DNA of 64,000 nucleotides from Candidatus Krumholzibacteriia bacterium (lineage in GTDB: Bacteria; Krumholzibacteriota; Krumholzibacteriia; LZORAL124-64-63), in contig JBFXKG010000002.1 in the NCBI GenBank assembly GCA_050174015.1, positions 128,001-192,000 on the forward strand, given 5' to 3'. The translations under genes were made by a program, and so were the position numbers. Below, piece by piece: positions 48,644-57,499 of the stretch. The notes below the pieces were generated by a model. It worked only from the letters and a program-made list of their open reading frames with translations, searched no databases and was not told where the DNA came from. Position 1 is the first letter of the stretch, and every line of letters begins with the position of its first letter.

Positions 48644-49921
48644 ATGCTGGATCTATTCTCGAACGTCGCCTGGGAAACCTGGCTCATCACCGCGCGGATG
48701 GCTCCCTACCTGCTGCTGGGGTTCCTGGTGGCCGGCGGGCTTTCGGTGTTCATCTCCCCCGTCTGGCTGGAACGTCACCTGGGGGGCCGGGGGATGGGTC
48801 CGGTGTTCAGGGCGGCTCTGTTCGGCGTTCCCTTGCCGCTGTGTTCGTGCGGGGTGGTCCCGGTGGGGGCCTCGCTGCGCCAGCACGGCGCCTCGCGGGC
48901 GGCCACCACGTCCTTCCTGCTCTCCACCCCCCAGACCGGCGTCGATTCCGTCCTGGTGACCTGGACCATGCTGGGTCCTTTCTTCGCGGTGTTCCGCCCG
49001 TTCGCCGCCCTGGCCACGGGCCTGCTGGGAGGGGCCGCCGTCCAGCTGTTCGTTCCGGATGAACACCGGCTGGCCGGCGCGCGGGACGGCCGGGTTCCGG
49101 TGCGGCCCGCCGGTCTTGCCGGCAAGCTGGCTGCCGCCTTGCGTTACGGTCTGACGACGCTGCCCGCGGACATCGGCCGCGCCCTGCTCATCGGCCTGGT
49201 GATCGCCGGGATCCTCGGCGCGGTGATACCCGCCGATTTCCTGGACGGGTATCTGGACCAGGGGGCCCTCTCCATCCTGTTGATGATGGTCGTGGGCATC
49301 CCCATCTACGTCTGCGCCACCGCCAGCGTTCCGGTGGCCGCGAGCTTCATCTTCCTGGGGGCCAGTCCCGGCGCCGCGCTCGCCTTCCTGATCGCCGGCC
49401 CGGCCACCAACGCCGCGACCCTGACCACCATCGCGCGCATCCTGGGCCGGCGGGCTGCGGTCATCTTCCTGCTGACCGTGGCCGTGAGCGCCTTCGGCGG
49501 CGGACTGCTGCTGGACTACCTTTCGCCCCGCGCGGGCGACTGGGTGCCTTTCCTGTCCGGGACGGGGCATCATCACGAACACGTGATCTGGTGGGAGCAC
49601 CTGGCCGGCCTCGGGCTGGTCCTGGTGATGACGCAGAGCTGGTGGCGGACCCGGCGCCGGGCCGCCTGTTGCGATGGGGAATGCGGGACGGGCGGAGAGA
49701 AGGGCGTCCCGCCGCAGGATCTGGAATTCACGGTCACGGGCATGAGCTGCAGCCATTGCAGCGGAAGCGTGAAAAGGGCCCTGGAGGAGCTTCCGGGGGT
49801 GACCGACTGCGGGGTGGATCTGGGCGCCGGGAGGGCCTGGGTCCGGGGGCAGGAGGTGGAATCGGCAGCCGTCGTCGCGGCGATCGAGGCCCTGGGTTAC
49901 GGGGCGGTTCCCCGGTCCTGA
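48644..49921 (+). CDS. SO_0444/ArsP-type metal permease fused to heavy-metal-associated (HMA) domain
   Basis: PLPLCSCGV, STPQTGVDS, YVCATAS, GPATN, HHHEH, C-terminal GMSCSHC. Confidence 0.88.
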   Translation: MLDLFSNVAWETWLITARMAPYLLLGFLVAGGLSVFISPVWLERHLGGRGMGPVFRAALFGVPLPLCSCGVVPVGASLRQHGASRAATTSFLLSTPQTGVDSVLVTWTMLGPFFAVFRPFAALATGLLGGAAVQLFVPDEHRLAGARDGRVPVRPAGLAGKLAAALRYGLTTLPADIGRALLIGLVIAGILGAVIPADFLDGYLDQGALSILLMMVVGIPIYVCATASVPVAASFIFLGASPGAALAFLIAGPATNAATLTTIARILGRRAAVIFLLTVAVSAFGGGLLLDYLSPRAGDWVPFLSGTGHHHEHVIWWEHLAGLGLVLVMTQSWWRTRRRAACCDGECGTGGEKGVPPQDLEFTVTGMSCSHCSGSVKRALEELPGVTDCGVDLGAGRAWVRGQEVESAAVVAAIEALGYGAVPRS

Positions 49922-49940
49922 ATCATCCGCGTCCCCGGGC

Positions 49941-51434
49941 TCATTCCTCGACGGGCATGTTGCCCTCGCCCAGGGGCAGGACCCTCACCCGCGATTCCCG
50001 GCGCTGCGCGATGCGGGGCTTGAGGATGGAGGCACGGACGACCGTCTTGGCGCCGCCGAGCTGGATGGTCGTCCCCGACCGGACCTCCTTCAGCATCACG
50101 ACCTCCTGGCGGGCGTCCTCGAGGGCTTCCCTGGTCATGGCCTGGATCTCCTGTTCGGCGGATTCCAGAAGGGTCCGGATCTGTTCGGCCTTCAGGCGCA
50201 GTCCCATCAGGAGCTTCTGGTCCTCCTCGGACGGGGACTTCTGCCGATCGGAGGCGGCCTTCAGGGCGTTGGCGAGCTTGTCCCGCGTTTCCTCGAGCTT
50301 CTGGATCCGGTCGCGGATCACCTTGACCCGGGGCTTGAGGGTGTGATCGACGCCGGCCACCAGGACGGTCGTCGAAGCCCCGCCGGCTCCCGCCTCCCCC
50401 ACCCAGATTCCCTTGCGGGCCAGGTTGTAGCCGCCGGCGATCCGGCCCTTGTGGACCAGGATCCTCCCGCGGGTCCGGATGTCCGAGTGGGTGATCTCGT
50501 TCGCGACGCAGATGTCGCCCTCCGCCCGGATCACCGCATCGTGGATGTACTTGGCGTTGAGGTCGCCCCCGATCTCGATGCGGTACTTCTCCTCGCTGAC
50601 GATCCCGCCCCCGACGGTCAAGCCGCCGCCGGCGGTGATGTCGCAGGGCTCGCACATGCCCTTGACGATGATGTCGCCCTGGGCTTCGACCGTCGCGCCT
50701 TCGAGGATGTCGCCCTCGATCTGGATGGTGCCCGTATGCCGCAGGTTGCCGGTCTCCAGGCTCACGTTGCCCTTGATGATGTAGACTTCGTCCACCGAGA
50801 GGATGCCGTCGGTGAAGCGGATGCGTCCGTCCATGGCGGCGTGGATGTGGAGGCCGCCCTCGGTGGGCTCCTCCCGGACCCCTTTTCCCGGGCGGATGCG
50901 GGCCCGCAGGGGTTTCTCGACGGGGATCTTGTTGTTGAAGACGCTCAGGCCGGGTTCCCCTTCGAGGGGATCCCGCACGAAGACCAGCAGTTCATCCTTG
51001 CTCACCGAACGATTGTCCAGCTTCTCCCAGAAGTCCATGGCCCCGGATCCCTCGTCCACGGCCCAGCCTTCGACGAAGTAGTCGCGCGACCAGATCAGGG
51101 CCCCGTCCAGCGGAGGGGTGGGCGCTTCCCCCATGATCAGGGGCAGGCCGCGCACGTCCTCGCCCGGGGTGCAGGCTTGCTGGAGCATGGAGGTCAGGAA
51201 CTCACGGTCGGGATACTCGGGCAGGGAGAGGACCTGGAACTCCTCGAGGATGCGGTCGGCGGTCCTGCCCAGGTCCGCCAGGGGGTCGGGGCAGTCCAGG
51301 ACCACGGTCACCTTGTCGTCGGTGATCCGCACCGCGAAGGTGACCGGTCCGGCGGGGCCGCCGCACCAGTCGGCGTCCTCGACCTCGGGATCCCGGGTCG
51401 CGGGGTCGGCAGTGGTGAGGTCTTCTGGGCTCAT
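49941..51434 (-). CDS. FapA (DUF342) family protein
   Basis: MDFWEK, GNVSLETGNL..GTIQIEGD beta-helix repeats, coiled coil near C-terminus. Confidence 0.8.
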   Translation of the reverse strand: MSPEDLTTADPATRDPEVEDADWCGGPAGPVTFAVRITDDKVTVVLDCPDPLADLGRTADRILEEFQVLSLPEYPDREFLTSMLQQACTPGEDVRGLPLIMGEAPTPPLDGALIWSRDYFVEGWAVDEGSGAMDFWEKLDNRSVSKDELLVFVRDPLEGEPGLSVFNNKIPVEKPLRARIRPGKGVREEPTEGGLHIHAAMDGRIRFTDGILSVDEVYIIKGNVSLETGNLRHTGTIQIEGDILEGATVEAQGDIIVKGMCEPCDITAGGGLTVGGGIVSEEKYRIEIGGDLNAKYIHDAVIRAEGDICVANEITHSDIRTRGRILVHKGRIAGGYNLARKGIWVGEAGAGGASTTVLVAGVDHTLKPRVKVIRDRIQKLEETRDKLANALKAASDRQKSPSEEDQKLLMGLRLKAEQIRTLLESAEQEIQAMTREALEDARQEVVMLKEVRSGTTIQLGGAKTVVRASILKPRIAQRRESRVRVLPLGEGNMPVEE

Positions 51435-51558
51435 GCCCTGCTCCCTGGGTGTTCCGGTGCAGGATCGGAAACGAGTCCTCGTCCCGGTCGTCTACAGGTC
51501 ATGATATCGGCAGGAGACCGGGGACATTGAGGATATAATGAAGACCCTTAGTCAGGAA

Positions 51559-53841
51559 TCAACGCACCAGGCTCAGGATTCTGACCTGCTCCCAGCCGTC
51601 GCAGCGGATCCGGCAGAGGTAGAGGCCCGAGGGAACCGGCCTCCCTCGGGCGTCCCGGGCGTCCCAGACCACCGTACCGGTTCCCGCGGGCGCCCGGCCA
51701 TTCAACAGGGTCCTCACCGCCCGGCCCCGGGGGTCGAAGACGTCCACCAGGATCCCGGCCCCCTCGTAGGGGACCGCGAAGGTCAACGTCACCCGGGCAT
51801 TGAAGGGATTGGGGTGGCCGGCCAGCACCAGGTCGAAGGGGGCAGGGGGAGCGGCCGAGGGATCGCCTGCGGACACCGGATCGCTTTCCCGGCCATCGGT
51901 GTCCACCACCGTGAGCTGGTAGAACCAGGTGCCCGGGGCGGGGTCGTGGTAGGAGGTCTGCAGGCTGACGGCCAGCAGGGTGCCCGGCTGGGGGGGCGTG
52001 GCGGGATCGGCGGCACGGTACAGGGCGAAGTGGGAGAAGTTCGCCAGGGGCGACGGATGCCAGCCGAGATCGTGGCCTCCCGAGGCCGCCGGCTCCGCCC
52101 AGAATCCCGTCGGAGGGGCCGGCTGGAGGTTGTTGACGGAGTAGCCGCTGTCCACGGGGGAATCGAAGAAGACCGCGGCGTTGCCGGTCCGCGCCCGGAC
52201 GAAGAAGGCCGTCCAGGCCGTGCCTGCGGAGCTGGAGTCCGCGAGGGTGGGGGCGACCAGGGAGTACTGCAGTTCCCCGTCCGCGGGGACGGTGGCCAGG
52301 TAGTCCCAGCTGCCGGGGGGATAGGCCTTCCCGGGTGGGAAACGGCGATAGAGGGAATATTCGGTGACCTGATCGGCGGCTCCGACGGTGTCGTGCGGGC
52401 TGGAGGCCCAGGTGACCCGCACCTGGAGGCCTTCGTCGCCGGGGATGTCGGCGACGCCGAGGATCTCGGCGGAGTCGAGCAACCACTCGTACTGGAGGGA
52501 GACCCGGCGCAGGATGGGTCCGGGATAAGGGCCGGTCTGGTGCAAGGTGGCCCGCCAGCGGAAGTCCGCGCCGGGAACGGCGAATTCGGTCCAGGATCCG
52601 TCGGGGGGTGAAGGGGTCCAGGTCGCCCCTCCGTCCACCGAGAGCTGGAAGGAGACCGAGTCGGTGAAGTCGGCGGTCAGGGCCGCCCGGGCTACGGGGT
52701 CGCTTCCCGAGTTGACGTTCAGGGAGCGGGCCTGGTTGTTCAGCGGGTCGAGGCCGAGGGGATCGGCGGAGAATCCCTTGATGCCTTCCACCCCGTCGCA
52801 AAGCCAGGCCGGCCCGCTCGCCAGGGAGGTGTGATAGGCCTCGCCGGCCGTGTCGGAGCGGGCCAGGATCGCGAGTTGGGCGGGGTCGGAGCCGTCGACC
52901 AGGTAGAGCCCGCCGGAGCCGGAGGCCACGTACACCGTGTCCCCCCGCACCGTGGCGTGGCGGCAGGTTCCCATCAGGGTCAGGGAGTCCAGCAGGCCTG
53001 GGAAAGCGGGATCGGTCAGGTCCACGGTGAGCAGGCCCGCCGTCCCGGCGGCCAGATAGGCGACGTTCCCTGTGACCGTCACGTCCAGAACGGTTCCCTC
53101 GGTGTCGAGGTTGGCGGCGAAGACCGGGTCGTCGGGCACGGAGACGTCCAGGATGGTCAGGCCCGCCGCACCGTCGGCCACGGCCAGATACTGGCCCGTG
53201 ACGGCGATCCCCCGGGCCCAGTCCAGGGTGGAGACATCCCTCACGTGGACGGGGTTCTGGGGGTCGGAGACCCCGACCACGGCGACCCCGAGGTTGGACT
53301 GGGCGAGGTAGGCCCAGTTCCCCGCGACGGCCACGCCCGAGGCGAAACCCGGGACGTCGGCCACCCCGGCGGCCACGAGGTTCGCCGGATCGCCGACCGA
53401 GAAGATCTGCAGGCCGGCCGCCCCGATGGCCAGGTAGGCGTGGTCTCCGGCAAGGTCGATGTCCCTGGCCTGGTCGGCGGTCGTTCCGGTGTCGACCAGC
53501 AGGGGGGAGTCGGGGTCGGCGATGGCGAAGCTCAAAAGCCCTCCGCTGCCGTCGGCGACCAGCAGGTGGCCGGCGGCGAGGGCTCCGGCGAAGGCGTTGC
53601 CGGGGGTGTTGTACACCCCGCGGGGGTCCAGGCCCAGGGGATGGAGCCGGACCTCGCCGGTGACGGTATCCCAGTCGGCCGTGGTCCAGGCCGGATCCTG
53701 GTCCAGGGTCGTGACGAAGATCTCGTCGAACCGGTCGCCGGCCGCGAGGGCCGCCGCTGGAAGGTGAAAGGCCAGGACCGCCAGAACCGCCCCGAACGGG
53801 ATCAAGGTTCCGCCGGCCGGGCGCCGACTTTGCTTTTTCAT
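51559..53841 (-). CDS. Secreted LVIVD-repeat protein with FN3-like and FlgD-Ig C-terminal domains
   Basis: Repeats of AYLA...GL.I.DVS.P..P; HPNPFN...WDARDARG...SGLYL. Confidence 0.85.
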   Translation of the reverse strand: MKKQSRRPAGGTLIPFGAVLAVLAFHLPAAALAAGDRFDEIFVTTLDQDPAWTTADWDTVTGEVRLHPLGLDPRGVYNTPGNAFAGALAAGHLLVADGSGGLLSFAIADPDSPLLVDTGTTADQARDIDLAGDHAYLAIGAAGLQIFSVGDPANLVAAGVADVPGFASGVAVAGNWAYLAQSNLGVAVVGVSDPQNPVHVRDVSTLDWARGIAVTGQYLAVADGAAGLTILDVSVPDDPVFAANLDTEGTVLDVTVTGNVAYLAAGTAGLLTVDLTDPAFPGLLDSLTLMGTCRHATVRGDTVYVASGSGGLYLVDGSDPAQLAILARSDTAGEAYHTSLASGPAWLCDGVEGIKGFSADPLGLDPLNNQARSLNVNSGSDPVARAALTADFTDSVSFQLSVDGGATWTPSPPDGSWTEFAVPGADFRWRATLHQTGPYPGPILRRVSLQYEWLLDSAEILGVADIPGDEGLQVRVTWASSPHDTVGAADQVTEYSLYRRFPPGKAYPPGSWDYLATVPADGELQYSLVAPTLADSSSAGTAWTAFFVRARTGNAAVFFDSPVDSGYSVNNLQPAPPTGFWAEPAASGGHDLGWHPSPLANFSHFALYRAADPATPPQPGTLLAVSLQTSYHDPAPGTWFYQLTVVDTDGRESDPVSAGDPSAAPPAPFDLVLAGHPNPFNARVTLTFAVPYEGAGILVDVFDPRGRAVRTLLNGRAPAGTGTVVWDARDARGRPVPSGLYLCRIRCDGWEQVRILSLVR

Positions 53842-53980
53842 GACAAACCCCCGATCCTTGGGCCATTCTAGGCCGGGGGGTCGGCAGCGTCAACCGACCT
53901 CCCTGGTTCCGGCTCCCAGGTGGGGCGGGCTTGCGGGCCGTCCTCATCGAGGGCGGTGAACGAACCCCCCGGAGGCGTCC

Positions 53981-54724
53981 ATGGATCGGTTGCAGGACCT
54001 GATCAGCTCAGCCGAACGGGTGGCGGTCTTCACGGGGGCCGGCGTCTCGACCCTGTGCGGCATCCCGGATTTCCGCAGCCCGGGCGGCATCTATTCCCGG
54101 GTCGATCCCGACCGGATCTTCGCCATCGACGAGTTCCGCAGGGATCCTTCCTATTTCTACACCGAGGCGCGGGAATTCATCTACGGTCTGGGGGACAAGC
54201 AGCCGGGGCCGGTGCACCGGGTCTGCGCGGAACTCGAGCGACGGGGCCTCTGCACCGGGATCATCACCCAGAACATCGACATGCTGCACCAGAAGGCCGG
54301 CGCCCGCAGGGTCATCGAACTGCACGGCAGCCCGGCCGGCCATACCTGCCTCGGTTGCGGGGCCCGAACCGGGTTCGCCGAGATCGCGGTGGTCGTCCGC
54401 CGCGGTGAAGTGCCCCGCTGCCCGGCCTGCGGCGGAGTGCCCAAGCCCGACATCACCTTCTTCGGCGAGATGCTGCCTCCCGGCGCCCTCGAGGATGCCT
54501 TCGCCCTGGCGGGGGCGGCCGACCTGCTGCTGGTTCTGGGCTCGTCCCTGCTGGTCCACCCGGCGGCGGGAGTGCCGGTGGCGACGCTGCAGGCGGGAGG
54601 CAGGATCGCCGTCGTCAACCGGGAACCCACGCCCCTGGACCGTCACGCCGTATTCCGGGCCACTGACCTCGCCGGGGAATTCGCAGCCCTCGGCCTCTGG
54701 CTGGGACTGGAGGAAGTCTCTTGA
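53981..54724 (+). CDS. NAD-dependent protein deacylase (sirtuin, CobB/NpdA-like)
   Basis: TGAGVST..GIPDFRS, TQNIDMLH, ELHGS, CxxC...CxxC, GSSLLV. Confidence 0.92.
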   Translation: MDRLQDLISSAERVAVFTGAGVSTLCGIPDFRSPGGIYSRVDPDRIFAIDEFRRDPSYFYTEAREFIYGLGDKQPGPVHRVCAELERRGLCTGIITQNIDMLHQKAGARRVIELHGSPAGHTCLGCGARTGFAEIAVVVRRGEVPRCPACGGVPKPDITFFGEMLPPGALEDAFALAGAADLLLVLGSSLLVHPAAGVPVATLQAGGRIAVVNREPTPLDRHAVFRATDLAGEFAALGLWLGLEEVS

Positions 54725-55959
54725 ATGATGAGCCCAGGACCCCCGGGGCGGCCGGGAACGACGCCGTCCGCACCCGCTTCCTGATCGACCTCGGGCGTGC
54801 CCTGCACGAGTACGGCCTGCCGGCCCACCGGCTGGAGGCGGCCCTGGGACAGGCGGCGGCCAGGCTCGGCATCAGGACCGAGATCCTCAGCACACCCACC
54901 TCCCTGACCCTGTCCTTCGGGGACCCGGGCAATCAGCACACCGCCATGTCGCGCGTGCAGCCGGCCGACCTGCAACTCGACAAGGTGGTGGCTCTCGATG
55001 AGGTGGTCCAGGCGGTCTACCGTTCCGAGCTGGGGGTGGAGGATGCGGTGACCAGGCTGGAGGCCATCCGCACCGCGCCGGTGCGCCACGGGCCGGTGCT
55101 GACCACCCTGGCCTTCGGGGTCGTCTCGGGGACGGCCGCCCGGTTCCTCGGAGGAGGCTGGCCGGAGATGGGGCTGGCGCTGGTCCTGGGATTCTCGAGC
55201 GGGCTGCTCGCCGTCCTGGCCGGGCGTTCGGTGACCGTGGCCCGGGTCTTCGAATTCACGGTGGCCCTCCTGGCCACCGTCCTGGCGCATGCGGTCGCCC
55301 GCCAGTTGCACCCGCTGGCCGCCAACCTGGTCGTGGTGGCCGGGCTGGTGATCCTGCTGCCGGGCCTGACCCTCACCCTCGCCATGAACGAGCTGGGAAC
55401 CGGGCACCTGGTCAGCGGGACCGCCCGTCTGACCGGGGCGCTGATGACCTTCTTCAAGATCGGGCTGGGGGTGGGGCTGGGAGGCCAGCTGGCGTCCCTG
55501 CTGCCGGGAGTCGCGGTCGACGTCGCGGCCGACACACCCGCCCCCTGGACCCTTTGGGTCTCCCTGCTGGCGACCCCGCCCGGCCTGGTCGTCCTGTTCC
55601 GCGCCCGCTGGGGGGAACTCGCCTGGATCACCGCGGGCGCCCTGGTGACCTTCTGGAGCGCGCGCCTGGCGGTCGGCCAGTTCGACGTCGGTCTGGGTTC
55701 GGTGGTGGGCGCGCTGACGGCCGGACTGGCGGGCAACCTCTACGCCCGCCTGCGGCACAGGCCGGCGGTCGTGGTGCTGGTCCCCTCGCTGATCCTGCTG
55801 GTACCCGGGACCATCGGCTACCGGAGCTTCTCCATGCTGCTGGCCAAGGACATCATGTCGGGAGTGGACAGCGCCTTCACGGTGATGCTGGTCGGGGTGT
55901 CCCTGGTCTCGGGCCTGCTGCTGGCCAACGTGCTCCTGCCGCCCCGGCACGAGCTGTGA
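54721..55959 (+). CDS. Threonine/serine exporter family (ThrE) protein
   Basis: G.PAHRLE, ILLPGL, LVSGTARL, LLVPG; about 10 TM; overlaps sirtuin stop. Confidence 0.85.
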   Translation: MNDEPRTPGAAGNDAVRTRFLIDLGRALHEYGLPAHRLEAALGQAAARLGIRTEILSTPTSLTLSFGDPGNQHTAMSRVQPADLQLDKVVALDEVVQAVYRSELGVEDAVTRLEAIRTAPVRHGPVLTTLAFGVVSGTAARFLGGGWPEMGLALVLGFSSGLLAVLAGRSVTVARVFEFTVALLATVLAHAVARQLHPLAANLVVVAGLVILLPGLTLTLAMNELGTGHLVSGTARLTGALMTFFKIGLGVGLGGQLASLLPGVAVDVAADTPAPWTLWVSLLATPPGLVVLFRARWGELAWITAGALVTFWSARLAVGQFDVGLGSVVGALTAGLAGNLYARLRHRPAVVVLVPSLILLVPGTIGYRSFSMLLAKDIMSGVDSAFTVMLVGVSLVSGLLLANVLLPPRHEL

Positions 55960-56061
55960 CCGGGAATCCGGACTCAACCTGGAGGTTGATTTCCCGGGCG
56001 GCCATCCCTCATATTCGCCGGGTCGCGAACCGCCACCGTACCTCAGCCGAGGGAGCGCCCG

Positions 56062-57339
56062 ATGTTCTCAGCCGTCCGGAACGCCACCCGCCAGGTTCCG
56101 CCCGCCTACCGCTGGCTCGTGCTGGTGGTCATCAGCCTGGCCATGTTCGGCAACTACTACGTCTACGACAGCATCGCCCCCATCGCGGACCTGCTGAAGT
56201 CCGACCTGGGCTACTCCGACGCCGACATCGGCAGCCTGTATTCCATCTACAGCATCGCCGCGGTGATCGTCCTGCTGATCGGCGGCGTCGTGATCGACCG
56301 GTACGGGACCGTCAAGTCGACCATCTTCTTCGGGGCCCTGTGCTCGATCGCCGCCCTGTTGAACGCCTTCACCGAGAGCTTCACGGTGATGATGGCCGCC
56401 CGGTTCATCCTGGGGCTGGGCGCCGAACCCTTGATCGTGGCCATCACCACGGCCCTGGCCAAGTGGTTCAAGGGGCGGGAGCTGAGCTTCGCGTTCGGCA
56501 TCAACCTGACCATCGCCCGGCTGGGTTCGGTCGCCGCCGACTGGTCGCCCACCTGGGCCAGGTTCGCCTACGACAGCTGGCAGGGCCCCCTTCTGGTCTC
56601 CGCGGTCATCGGCGTGCTCTGCGTCATCTCCCCCCTGGGCTACGGGGCGATGGAGGCGAACGCCAGCCGCAGGTACGGGCTGGGCAGGGCGGGGTCCTCG
56701 GACAAGCTCACCTGGGGGGACCTGTTCCGCTTCGACCGGTCGTTCTGGTTCGTGGTGGCTCTCTGCGTCACCTTCTACTCGGCCATTTTCCCGTTCCGCA
56801 GCTTCGCCATCAAGTTCTTCATCGAGGCCTGGGGGATGACCCGCGAAGCCGCCGGACAGGCCAACAGCGTGCTGCCCCTGTCGGCGATGATCGTCACCCC
56901 GCTGTTCGGCCTGCTCGTGGACAAGATCGGTCGCCGCACCCACCTGATGTTCCTGGGCGCCTTCCTGCTGATGCCGGTCTACCTGCTGCTGGCCTACCGG
57001 CTGTTGCCCTTCGGGGTGCCCATCGCCCTGATGGGTGTGGCCTTCTCCCTGATCCCGGCGGTGATGTGGCCGGCGGTGGCCTACATCGTGGAGGAGAAGC
57101 GGCTGGGAACCGCCTATGCGGTGATGACGCTGGTCCAGCAGGTGGGCGTGGCCGGGATGAACTGGCTGATCGGCAAGACCAACGACATGGCCGGAGCCGG
57201 CCTGGAACATCCGGGCGGCTATGCCCCGGGGATGTGGATCTTCAGCGTCCTCGGCTTCCTGGCCCTCTTCTTCGCCTTCATGCTGATGCGGGCGGAAAAG
57301 GGCCCGGGCGGGCACGGGCTCGACACGATCAAGGCCTGA
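56062..57339 (+). CDS. MFS transporter, MFSD1-like
   Basis: 12 TM; FGNYYVYD, IDRYG, GLGAE, KWFKGRELSFAFG, LGTAY. Confidence 0.8.
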   Translation: MFSAVRNATRQVPPAYRWLVLVVISLAMFGNYYVYDSIAPIADLLKSDLGYSDADIGSLYSIYSIAAVIVLLIGGVVIDRYGTVKSTIFFGALCSIAALLNAFTESFTVMMAARFILGLGAEPLIVAITTALAKWFKGRELSFAFGINLTIARLGSVAADWSPTWARFAYDSWQGPLLVSAVIGVLCVISPLGYGAMEANASRRYGLGRAGSSDKLTWGDLFRFDRSFWFVVALCVTFYSAIFPFRSFAIKFFIEAWGMTREAAGQANSVLPLSAMIVTPLFGLLVDKIGRRTHLMFLGAFLLMPVYLLLAYRLLPFGVPIALMGVAFSLIPAVMWPAVAYIVEEKRLGTAYAVMTLVQQVGVAGMNWLIGKTNDMAGAGLEHPGGYAPGMWIFSVLGFLALFFAFMLMRAEKGPGGHGLDTIKA

Positions 57340-57499
57340 CGGGGACCTGTCCGGTTCCCCGATGGGGGCGGCCGGCTCGCCGAGAAATCTCTGGCCCCGG
57401 GCGGACCCGTGCGGTATCCTGCCCCGGGCCAGGGAGACCCCATCAGCTCCCTGGTCCGTTTTCACGCGGCGCTGCCATCTCCCATACCGGAGGCGATCC

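Noticed and set aside
53981..54724. Sir2 protein as an anti-phage defence effector
   Set aside because: Canonical zinc-binding deacylase of about 250 aa with no defence partner genes
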